Shown here in pieces: positions 39,401-51,400 of a DNA stretch of 64,000 nt. The DNA is from Chthoniobacteraceae bacterium (GTDB lineage: Bacteria; Verrucomicrobiota; Verrucomicrobiia; Chthoniobacterales; Chthoniobacteraceae). Where the stretch lies: contig JBEBGD010000001.1 in assembly GCA_040081625.1 (NCBI GenBank), forward strand, positions 129,748 to 193,747. The letters run 5' to 3'. Under the pieces are notes generated by a model, which did not search any database, was not told where the DNA came from, and saw only the letters and a list, made by a program, of their open reading frames with translations. How positions within the stretch are numbered: position 1 is the first letter of the stretch; every line of letters begins with the position of its first letter. Made by a program: the position numbers and the translations under genes.

Positions 39401-42400
39401 TCACCGCAAACGGCGGCGGCAGCACGCTCGGCGCGAACCCGACGCTCTACGCGCTGCGCACGAACCAGAACCTCATCCCGACCGCGGCGTTCAACAGCGT
39501 CACCTTCGACAGTGGAGCGGGGGACATCGGCGGCGGCATCCTCTTCAACAACACGACGGGCACCGCGGCCATCAACCCGCAGCCCAGCACCGTGGCCAAC
39601 AACGTCACGACGCGGCTGACGCCGACGTTGCCGATGACCCTGTCCTTCGGCGCGAATGAACCGACGATCTTCACCGCCGCCGGCGGCATCGGCCTGATCA
39701 GCGCGCAGATCAACACGACGGCGGGGCTGACGAAGTTCGGCACGGGCGTGCTGAACCTCGCGGGCAGCAACACGATCGGCGACTCAATCGTGGTCAACCA
39801 GGGCTCGCTGCGACTGCTCAATCCCGTCTCCACGAGCGGCACGCCGATCAACAGCGTGACCAACGGGCGCGACATCATCCTCAGCGGCAACGTGACCGTC
39901 GGCTTCGACGGCCTCGTGAGCAACGCCGACGGGCGCGATTCGCAAATCGCCAGTGGGTATCGCGTGACGAGCAGCCTCGGGAGCAGCCTGTTCGTGCGAG
40001 GCGACGCGACGATCGGCTCGCAGGACTCCGCCGGCGCAACGCAGGGCATCATGCAGCGGGTGGGCGACGTGACCTTCACCGATCTCGGCGCGAACACGCC
40101 GGTCATGCTCACCGTCACGGGCGGCATCACCGTGAGCGGTGCGACGACGCTGGGCGCGACGAGCGTGATCAGCGCGGGCTTCGGAAATTCCGGGCACACG
40201 ATCCTCGAGGGCGTGGTCAGCGGCGGGAAGCTGATCAAGGCGGGCACGGGCATCCTGCTGTTTGGAAATGCGGGCAACAACTTCACGAGCCTCGACGTGT
40301 GGCCGACGACGCAGAACACGGCGACGAGCCTCGTCGCGACGACCGTGCGCGGCGCCGGGACGCCGTTCGGCGCGGGCGATGTGAACCTGCTGCCCGGCAC
40401 GATGATCCGGCTGGCCGATCCGCTGAACATCGCGGGACAGAACGTGAGCGCGAAGAGCGACGGGATGGGAATCTCCGGCGTGTCCTTCGCCTACAATGTG
40501 ACGCAGGCCGACATCCTCGGGATGCTCAGCACCACGGCGACTCCGGGCAAGGTGCAGCTGAGCACGACGGGCGAGTTCCTCGGCGTCGTCGCGCTCGACA
40601 ACGGCGTGCAGTATGGCGCGCTCAATCTCGCGACGATGGAGAGCGCGCTCGGCGGGAAACTGCTGCTGGGCAGCACGACGGGCACGCAGACCTACTTCGC
40701 GCCGACGCTCGGCGCGACGGCGGACAACGTCTATCGCTTCGGCGGCGGCGGCAACCAGGGCAACCTCGTCATTGGCGCGAACGTGTTCGACAACGTGCTC
40801 ACGGGCGCGAACTCCGTCGTGCTCGGTGTCACGACGGCCGGCAGCTCCTACAGCGGGCCGGCGTATCTCAACGGTCAACTCGGCCAGCTCGTGCTGCGGA
40901 ACCAGAATGACTTCAGCGGCAGCCTGACGGCGAATCGCGACTCGGGGCTGCGCATCGAAAACACCTACGCGCTCGGCACGGGGACGCTCATCGTCAATCA
41001 CCTCGGCGACCAGGCGGCGGCAGTCATCGGCACGCAGCTCGGGAATGCGGGCGGCGTCATCGAGACCTTCGGCGGAGCGGTGAGCCCGGCGAACAATGTG
41101 TCGCTGGTGGGCGACCTGCGCTGGCAGGGCAACGGCGACTTCGTCCTGCGCGGCACGGTCGATCTCGGCGGCAGCGTGTCGAACCTCCAGGTCGGCACCG
41201 GCACGCAGACGGCGGCGGCGATGGCGATCAATGGCATCATCACCGGCGGCGCGGGCAGCAACCTGATCAAGAGCGGCACCCAGAACCTCGTGTTGATGGG
41301 GCTGAACACGTATCAGGGAACCACGACCGTCGCAGGCGCGGGGCAGGCGAATGCGAACACCGGCGCGTTGCTGATCGGCACGGACGTGCTGCCGGGTGAG
41401 GCGGGCGCGCTCGGCATCAGCCAGAGCGAACTGCTCATCGCCGGCTCCGGCACGACGTTCAATGCCTATGGCCTCGGCCTGAGCGGTCAGGTCGTCTTCG
41501 GGCGCGAGATCTCGATTCAGAACCCGACGGATACGTCGTTCATCTCGATCTTCAGCAACTCGCTCTACACCTCGCGTGTGACGGGCGGCATCGGCATCGT
41601 CTCGGCGGGCACGAATCGCGACCTGAACTTCCAGGCCGTGAACACGGGCCGCCTCGAGCTGCTCGGGCCGATCGCCAGCAGCGGCACGGCGCACCGCGTG
41701 CGCTTCGGCGACACGGCGACGACGCCGATCCGTGCCGGTGTGGTCTTCATCGGCGCGGGGCCGAACGGCTTCTCGCAGAATACGTATGCGGGCCAGACGA
41801 TCCTCGACAATGCGCGCATCGTCGTGGGCGCGAATGCGCTCTACGCGGGCAATGGCTCGACCTTCTCGGCGTTCACCGGGCCGTTCGGCACGGGCTCGCT
41901 GCTCTTTGGCGGTGGCAACGCGAACGCGGGCACGTTCATCGGCGCGGACGGCATCGATCGCGTGATCCCGAACGTGCTCTCGACGATCGGCACGGCGGCG
42001 ACGCTCACGTTCACGTTCGAGGGACGCGGCGGTCTTCAGTTCAACAACAACTCCGCGGGCTGGAACATCAACAGCGAGGGCACGGCGCGGAGCCGCAACT
42101 TCACGGTCAACACCACGCAGGGCGCGGTCCGCTTCGACATGGACCTGACGGCGGGCGGCACGAATGGAGCGAACCTCGTCAAGCTCGGGCCGGGCATCCT
42201 CACCCTCACCGGCAACAACGCGGCCTTCAACAAGAACGCCGGCGATGCGAACTACGCGCGCTCGCTCTTCATCGATGCCGGCGTGGTCCGCGTGGCGACC
42301 GACAACAGCCTCGGCGATCTCACTCCGATCACCACGGTGGGCACGGCCGGGGCGCATCTGGTCGCGGGTCTGCCGACGGACGTGGCGCTGCGCGGCGGCA

Positions 42401-45400
42401 CGCTCTCGATCGGCGGCACGTTCACGACGGCGCATCAGTTCATCCAGACGGTGGCCAGTTCGATCGAAGTGTCGGGTGGCCAGACCTTCACGCAGCCGCT
42501 GCCGATCACCGGCGCATTCGGCCTGACGAAGCTCGGAAGCGGCACGCTGGTGCTCAACTCCACGGGCAACGCGTTCAACGCGCTGACCATCGGCGGCATC
42601 AATGGCGGCGGCGGCATCGTGCGCACGCAGATGCCCAGCGGCGCTCCGTTCGGCTCGAATGTCGTCACCATCAACGGCGGCGCACTCGCGATCCAGGCTA
42701 ACGCCAACGCGGCGCCGACCGGCATCACCGCGGGAGCGGCGCAGGCCGCGGTCGGCTACATCCTCACCGTCAGCAATCCCGGCGGCGTCCAGCCGGGCAT
42801 GGGCATCAGCGGCACCGGCATCCCGGGCGGCTCGTTCGTCACTGCGGTGAATGGCAACCTGGTCACACTTAGTGCGCCCACGACTACGGCGGTGGCCAAT
42901 GGTGCGGCGCTCACCTTCTCGTCGCCGAACCAGACGCTCACGGTCGCATCGATGGCCTACAGCGGCGCGGCGACCGTGCAGATGACCAAGGGATTCACCG
43001 CGCTCTCCGTGCTCACGGTCAGCGGCACGCTGACGCGCAGCAGTTCCGGCATGATGACCGTCGTGTCGTCGAACCTCGCGACCGACCTGGGCGCGGGCGC
43101 GAACGAGCGCTTCATCGTCACCACGACGCCCCCGGCGGTCGCCAACAACATGCTCTCTGTGCCGTCGATCGTCGGCCTCGGGTTGAACGACGGAAACCTG
43201 AACTTCCTGCGTTATGTCGCGGGCACGGGATTCGCGCAAAACACCACCGCGACGGTCGCGACGCTCGGCGCCACGGCGGCGACTTCGCTGGCCGACATCG
43301 CGGCGCCGCAGACCGTCGGCGTGAATAACGTCGATGTCTTCGCCCTGCGGGCCGCGGCGAACATCATGCCTACTGACGCGACCAGCCTGCTGCGCATCGG
43401 CAGCGGCGGCGTGATCTTCAACGGCACGACCGCGCCGGTGATCAGCTCGAACGTGCGTTTCGGCACCGGAGCGACGCCAATCGAGGGATTCGTCTTCGTG
43501 CGCGGCGGGCAGACGGGCGACTCGACCTTCGCCGGAAATATCGCGGCCAGCACGCTGACCAAGGCGGGCGCGGGCACGCTGACGCTTGCGGGCACGGGCA
43601 GCACGCTCAACTTCACGACGACGGTGGTCGGAGGCATTACCGTCCAGGAAGGCTCACTGAAGTTTGCGAACGCGGCGGCGGTGCCGCTGGGCGGGCTGGT
43701 CACGGTCACGGTCAACAACGCGGCGAGCCTCGATCTCGGTGGGCAGAACATCAGCCTCGTCGGGCTTGCCGGCACCGGCAGTGTGATCAATACCGGCGCG
43801 TCGGCGGCGCTCACGATCAACCCCGGCGTGGGCCTGACGACGACCTTCACCGGCGCGCTCAACGGCGACCTGAGCCTGATCAAGAGCGGCGACGGCACGC
43901 TCGTGCTCAACCCGCCGCTCAACAAGGACGGCGCCGCGTTTGCGAGCACCTACTCGGGCGGCACGACGATCAGCGTCGGCCGCGTGACCTCGGCGAATCC
44001 GGTCGCGCCGGTCGGCACCGGCATCCTGCAAGTGCGCAACACACTCGCGCTCGGCACCGGTCCGGTCACGCTCGCGGGTGGCATCCTTGATCTCGCGACG
44101 GTCGCGCCATACGTTGCCGGCGAGTTGCTCGAAGGTTTCGCGGTGATGCAGTTCGGTTCGGGCAACGGGACGAACGTGATCGTGCCGGCCTTGAATGGAT
44201 TCGGCCAGCCGAACACGACCTCGGCGCTCTCCACGAGCACCGCGCCGATCGCGTGGAGCAAGATCGGCGACGTGACGCTCAATGCGCCGGCGCTGACGTG
44301 GACGGGCGGACAAAACACCAACGTGCTGATCGGTGGCACGCTCGACTTGAGCGCGAACGCGAACGCGAACGTGATGCTCAACACGGCAAACAGCGGCGTG
44401 ATCAGCGGCCAGATCCTGGCGGCTGGAAAGACGCTCACGAAGGTCGGCGCGCAGACACTCTTCATCACGAACGGTCGCACGACCCTGCTGCCGGATGGCA
44501 GCGTCGATCCGCTCGGCCAGGGCGCGAATCAAGCAGCGGCATGGGTGCTCGCGCAGGGCACGACCGAGCTGCGCCTCTCCGGCAATGCAGCCGATCCGTT
44601 CGGCCTGAATGCCGCGGTGAACCTGCTCGGTGGCACGCTCAACATCCGCAACGACGGCAACAACACCTCGACGATGGAAGTGCTGACCACCTTCGCGAGC
44701 AACAGCGTGAACTTCGGCTCGCTCGCGGGCGTCGGCAGTGCCGGCTACACGCAGGGTGCGGGGGTGACGCTCAGCCTCGACCGCCTCGGCGTCGGGGCGA
44801 GCAACAAGACGATCAAGTTCGGCGACCTGAACTTCGGCGGGCCGCTCGGCTCGTCGATCCTCACGCTCAACACCGGCAACAATTACACCGCCGAGTTCGA
44901 CGCGCTGACGATGCTCAAGGACGCGCAGCTCGCGTCGAACGCGACGACCACGATCCTCGGCACGATCAGCGGCAGCGGCACGCTGCTCAAGTCGGCGGGC
45001 ACGCTGTGGGTGAACAGCGACAACACCGCGACCTTCAAGGGCGGCGTGGTCCAGAGCGGCGGCACGATCCAGTTCGGCACCTTCGAGGGGAATGTGACGA
45101 CGCTCAGCAACACCGCGAACCTCGGCACCGGCAACGTGATCATCCAGCCGGGCACCGCGATCCAGTTCAACAGCACCGGCAACCTCGCCGCGGGCTCCGG
45201 CACCATCGATCTGCGCGGAAATGTGATGGGCAACTACGGCATCCTGCGCCTCGCCACCGACACGCCGCTCGACGCCTTCAAGCTGCGCATCGGCAATCTC
45301 GGCGGGCCGCAGAACACGAGTCTCTTCGGCCTGTCCGGCGGCGTCGGGATTGACGGCGTCGGCAAGAACGGCGGCGCGGCGATCGTCGCGCTGAACACGG

Positions 45401-48400
45401 TCTATACGCAGTCGATCGACCTCGCGAAGATCGGCGACGGCACGGCCTACCTCGGCTCGACGCAGAACGGGCTGGGCCAGAACGGCAGCTACAATGCGGG
45501 CACGCTCGGCATCGGCGCGGGCAACACCTACCGACTCGGCGCCGGCGGACAGACGCTCTACTTCGGCAGCGACCGTGTGAACAGCAACGTGCTCACTGGC
45601 ACGGGCGCGAACGTCGTCGTGGGTCTGCCGAACAGCGGCCTCGTCGTCGATACCATCACCGGCGGCAACGGCCGCGGCACGGTCACGCTGGTGACGAGCC
45701 AGGACTACACCGGCACCACGACCGTCAACCGCGGCAGCGTGTTTGAATTCCGCGGCACGCTCGCGACGAGCGCGTTCGACACGTGGGGCACGATCACCGC
45801 GGGCGGACTCGCCGGCACATTCCTCGATGCGGGGCAGACGGCAAACTTCGCGCCGGTCACGACGCGCAACTCGTCCGAGCTGCGGTTCGACTACGGCACC
45901 GGGCTGCTCGGCGACGCGCAGCTTGAGAACTTCGGCGGCCAGGGTCGCTGGCTCGACACGCAGGCGATCACGCTCGACAACTCGATGCTCCGCTTGGTCG
46001 GCAACCGCGCACTCGAAGTCGTCGAGACTGTCGGCGACGTGTCGCTCAACGGCTTGAGCGTGCTCGCAGTCCAGCGCGACTACTTCAACCGCACGACGAC
46101 GCTGGTCGTCGGCGGCGGCGCGGGTGTCGATGCGCTGCGCACGACGAATCGCAGCGTCAGCGGTCTCGCGATCGCCGGCAACAACGCCACGCTGCAGATC
46201 AACGAAGCCAGCGGCAGCCAGCTCGGCAGCGATGAGCGCGTGAAGCTCTTCAGCGGCGTCGGCGCCAACGGCCTCGGGGCGTTGGGCGGCATCACGAGCG
46301 GCATGCTCGCGCCGTGGATGATCAACGCGACCGATCTCCAGTTCCTGACTTACACCGCCGACAACGGCTTCGTGAACGCGGGCTTCGAGAGCCTGCGCAA
46401 CGGCGCGCTCGGCACGGGCATCGTCGTTCCGACCGAGCGCACGCTCATCAACCTCGCAGCGACGATCGCCGGAGGCGCTAATCTCGCGCTCGACGCCAAC
46501 GCGATTCGTTTCGACAACGATCTCACAATCACCGGCACGCCTGCAACGGCCGACCGCATCCGGGTGCAAAGCGGTGGCATCATCGCCAATGGCACGCGCA
46601 TCGTGACTCCAGGCATCGAGTTTGGCGCCGGTGCGCCGATCGAAGCGAACATCTTCAACAGCGGCACGTTCACGATCGGTCTCCTCGCCACTGCGGGCAA
46701 CACGACCGGCCAGCTCACCAACGCGACACACATCATCAAGCAGGGCGCCGGTCAGCTCACGATCGACGCCATCCAGACCGGCTTCACCGGGAACTGGATC
46801 GTCAATCAGGGCAATCTGTTCCTGCGTTCTGCGACTGTGCAGGGGAACATCGGCGGCGCGGCGAGCCTGGCGCAGATGAATGCCGGCACCAACGGCGTGG
46901 TCGTGCTGAACGGATACAACAGCATCCTGAGCCTGCGCTCCGACGTGACCGGCACGACCTTCAACGTCGCGCTCGCGATCGGCGACGGGAATCCGCAGGC
47001 GCAACTGACCGCGGATCGCGCCGCCTCGACCACGACGACGAACCTGCTGAACCTGCTCAGTGGCGGCATCCGGTTCGGTGGATCGCCCGGCGAGCAGGGC
47101 CAGACGTTGTTCATTACCGCGGGCAACGGCTACAGCCTGCAAATCAACGGCCCGCTCGACCTCGGCCCGGGCACGCTCGAAGGCGCGCAGACGTTCGATT
47201 TCATCCGCACCGACGCGGTTGCCACGATCCTCGGCCGGGTCTCCGGCGGCGCGACGCTCGTGCATACCGGCGGCTCGACCCTCGACCTCGCCAACGTGAG
47301 CAACGGGATCAACGACATCCCCGGCGGTCTGCAAAACGTCCAGGGCACGCTGACGGTCCGCGGCACTACGAGCGGCGCGCCCGCGGCGTTCCCGGCGGTC
47401 AACAGCCTCATCAACAACGGCGGCATCGGCAACAACACCGTCACGATCTGGGGCGGCACGCTCAGTCTCCTCATCGACGCGGACAACACGACCGCGCGCG
47501 AGAAATACTGGGCCGGCGACAACGCGACGGGCAACAGCCTCATCGTCAACGGCAGCGGCGCGATCAACGTCGCCCGTAACGTGGCGGCCACCGCTGCGAA
47601 CAAGCATCTCGTCTTCAAGGATCTCGTCATCGGCGGCCAGACGCTGTCGGTGACGGGGACCGTTCCCACGAGCGCTTACGCGCTGGAAATCGAAGGCGGC
47701 ACGAGCTTGCTCGGCAGTCCGCTGCTCAACACCAGCACCGCGCAGTTGCTCCTCAATGGCGCGATCAGCGACGGCGGCACAAGGCAGGCGATCATCAAGG
47801 GCGGTGCGAGCGAGCTGTGGCTCAACAGCAACGCGAGCGTCTTCGGCGGGCTGTATGCGGGCGTCTCCGCGAGTGCGCCGAACGGCTACGGCATCTTCGT
47901 CACCGGCGGCACGCTGCGCTTTGGCGACATCAACTCGACCAACCCGACGCTCGACATGAACGCGATCCTGCGCGGAAGCACCGTGCGGCTCAATGCCGCC
48001 GGCGACATGGCGATGGACGGCACCGGAGTCACCTTCGCGCCGGGCCAGGTCGAGCAGCTCAGCGTCGCGCCTCAGCTTTCGCGTCTGCTCATCAACAGCG
48101 GCGCCATCGCCGCCGCCGACATCCAGGGCTGGCTGACGTCGAACTCGAGCGGCGTCATCGCGCTCGGCGTGACCAACAACAACGACCTGAACCTCGCGCT
48201 GATCGGCAATGGCCGCTCCTTCCTCGGTGCAAGCGCCACGGCGACCTATGGCGGCGCCACGCTCGGCGTCGGTGCGGGCAACCTCTACCGCATCGGCGGC
48301 GGAGGAGGAGTTCTCACGATCTCCAACGGCGTGCTCACCGGCGCGAACTCCGTGCTCGTCGGCTCGCAGGCGGGCAATGGCGCCGCCTCGGTGCTGCTCA

Positions 48401-51400
48401 GCGCGGTCAACAACTACACCGGCACGACACTCGTCAGCCGCAGCAATGGTCTCGCGGTTTCGGCCGCTGCGGTCGGCGCGGATTCGGGGCTCGGCACCGG
48501 CGGGCAGGTCGATGTCTTCGGCACGCTCGCGGCGCTCGATGCGAACGGCAGCTTCATCAACTCCGGCGCCACGGCCAACCAGAACCCGATCGTGCTGCAC
48601 CCCGGCGCGGTGCTGCGGTTTGAAAACAACGTCAACGCGCAGAACTTCGATCGCTGGCACGACGCGACGCCGATCAATCTCGACGGCGCTCAATTGCAGA
48701 TCAATTCGCTCGGCAGCGCACCGGCCCTGACCAACGTCGAGAACGTCGGCGCGATCACCTTCGGGCGCAGCACGGTCATCCAGGTCGCGCACACGACCGG
48801 CGGTTCGGTCGGCTTGCAGACACCGTCGCTCACCCGCGTGAACAACGGCACCGTGCAGGTGCAATCGGTCGCCGCCCTGCTCGGCGTCGGCGCGCTCTCC
48901 TCGCAGAACAACAGCAGCCTGCTCGTCTCCGGCGGCGCGACGGCCATCACGCCGAGCGGCGTGGTCAACGGCATGTTGCCCGCCTACTTCATCAACGGGA
49001 CCGACAACCGCTTCCTGACCTATGACGTGAACGGGTTCATGAACTCGACGTTCACGCAGACGGGTTTCGCGACCAATTCGACGCCGACCAGCCAGGTGGA
49101 CCTCACCGCGGCGGTGGTGCTCGCGCAGGATCAGACGCTCTACGCGATGCGCACGTCGGTGAACATCACCAACGGCACCGGCCGATACAACACGATCACC
49201 TTCGCCGACGGCCCGACCGATGCGGATCGCGGCGGCTTGCTAACGACCGGCACGCCGACCATCGCGACGAGCCTGCGATTCGGCGATGCGGGCGACAAGG
49301 AAGCCATCATCTACACCGCCGGCAACACGACGCTGAGCGGCGATCTCTTCGCGGGCAGCGTGACGAAGTTCGGCGGCAGCAGCCTGATCATCGGCAAGGA
49401 TCTCACCGTCGCCGCAAACGGAACGGGCTTCACCGGCGATTGGGTCGTCAACCAGGGCACGCTGCAGTTCAACACGCTCGGCGGCCCGGGCACTGGCGGC
49501 ACCATCACGCTCAACCCGAGCAGCGCGACCAGCGCCGCCGGCACGACGCTGCAACTGAGCGCCAACAGCGGCAACTCGCTGCTCGCCCGCTACACGATGG
49601 GCAGGATCGTCTCGGTGGATAACTCGATCGTCAGCGTCACCGCGGCGACCGACTCGACGATCGGCCTCGGTGACCTCGAGAGCTTCTCGACCGACACGAC
49701 CGGCCACTCGCCCGCGCGCCTCCGCGTCAACTTGAACAACCTGCGTATGATGGTGAATGCGGGCACGCTCTCGCTCACCGGCGCGGGCAGCTCGATTATC
49801 GACATCAACCAGACCGGCACGCTGAGCGGCGCGATCACCGCGGGCGTCACGAGCACTGGCGTGAGCGTGACCGGCTTGAGCGGCAGCCGCGACCTAATCA
49901 AATGGGGCAACGGCGCGCTCTACGTGAGCGGCAACAACGCCGCGAGCTTCACCGGCAACACGATCATCGAGCAGGGTGCGATCGGCGTCACCGACGCGAA
50001 CGCGCTCGGGAACGGCGCGATCACCGTGCGTCGCTACGGCGTGCTCGATCTGCTCGACAGGAGCTTCAACAAGCTGCCGACCTACGAGTCCGGTTCGATC
50101 GAGCGCTGGAGCGTCTCCGGCGCGCGCGACAGCCAGGTGCTCAACCTCGGCGGCGGCACGCTCCAGGTGAATGCCGACCAGTTCAGCACGACCGCGACGA
50201 TCACGCTCAATGGCGGTGCGATCGAGGGCTTCCTGCGCACCGATGACCCGGCCAGCGTGAACACCGGCGCGGTCTTCCGCACCCTCGGCAGCGGCGTGAG
50301 CATCGTGCTCGCGGGCAATTCCTTCATCGGCCAGAACGCCTTCACCGATGGCGCGAACGGCCTCGACAACGGCGGCAGCGCGAACAACTCGACCGGCGTC
50401 GGCGCCGACACGAACAACAACAGCGCGCTGACCAACACCGCGCGCGGCGCGATCCTCGAGATCAAGGGCAACATCACCGGCACCGGCGGGCTGACCAAGC
50501 AGAGCGCCGACACGGTGATCCTCTCCGGCACGAACACCTACGCCGGCGCGACGAACATCGCCGACGGCGTGCTGCGGGTCGGATCGAACGGCGGCCTCTC
50601 GCCGAACTCCGCGCTCTCGATGACCGGGCGCAGCGTGCTCGACTTGAACGGCTCGAACCCGACCATCGATTCGCTCTCCTCGGCGAATGTCGGAACCAGC
50701 GGCGCTTTCGTGAATGCCGCGGGCTTCATCACGAACTCCGCGCTCACGACAGCGACGCTCACCGTCGGCACCGGGGCGACCACGCTCGACACGATCTTCG
50801 GCGGCGTGATCCAGAACAACGTGCGTCTCGTGAAAGCGGGCGTCCACGTGCTCAAGCTCAGCAACGCGAACACGTATGTCGGCGGCACCGGCATCACCGG
50901 CGGCTTCCTCGAGCCGCTCAACAGCGCGGCGCTCAGCACCGGCGCGATCACCATCTCCGGCGGCACGCTCGCGGGCAACCTCACGCTCACAAACCTCGTG
51001 AGCCTGAGCGGTCTCGGTCGCATCGCTCCCGGCTCCGTCACTCCGGGGATCTCTCCGGTGAGCACGGCAGGCACGCTCATCCTCCCGAGCGTCGCGGCCA
51101 GCGGCGGCGACTTCACCTTCCAGCCGGGCGACCTGCTCACGCTCAACGGCACGGGCACCGTCTTGAACATCACCGGCGCGACCGGCATCGATGCGGACGG
51201 CTTCGGCGACGGTTCGTTCGTCGTGCTGACCTATCCGACCGGCACCGCCACCGGCACCGGCTTGCTGTTTCCGATCACGTCGAACCCGGCGAAGACCGTC
51301 ACGCTCGACCTCACCGTCGCGAACCAGATTAGCGTCGTCGTCGCGCCGTCGGGCGAGACCGCGCTGCGCTGGACCGGCAGCTCGGATCAAGTCTGGGACA

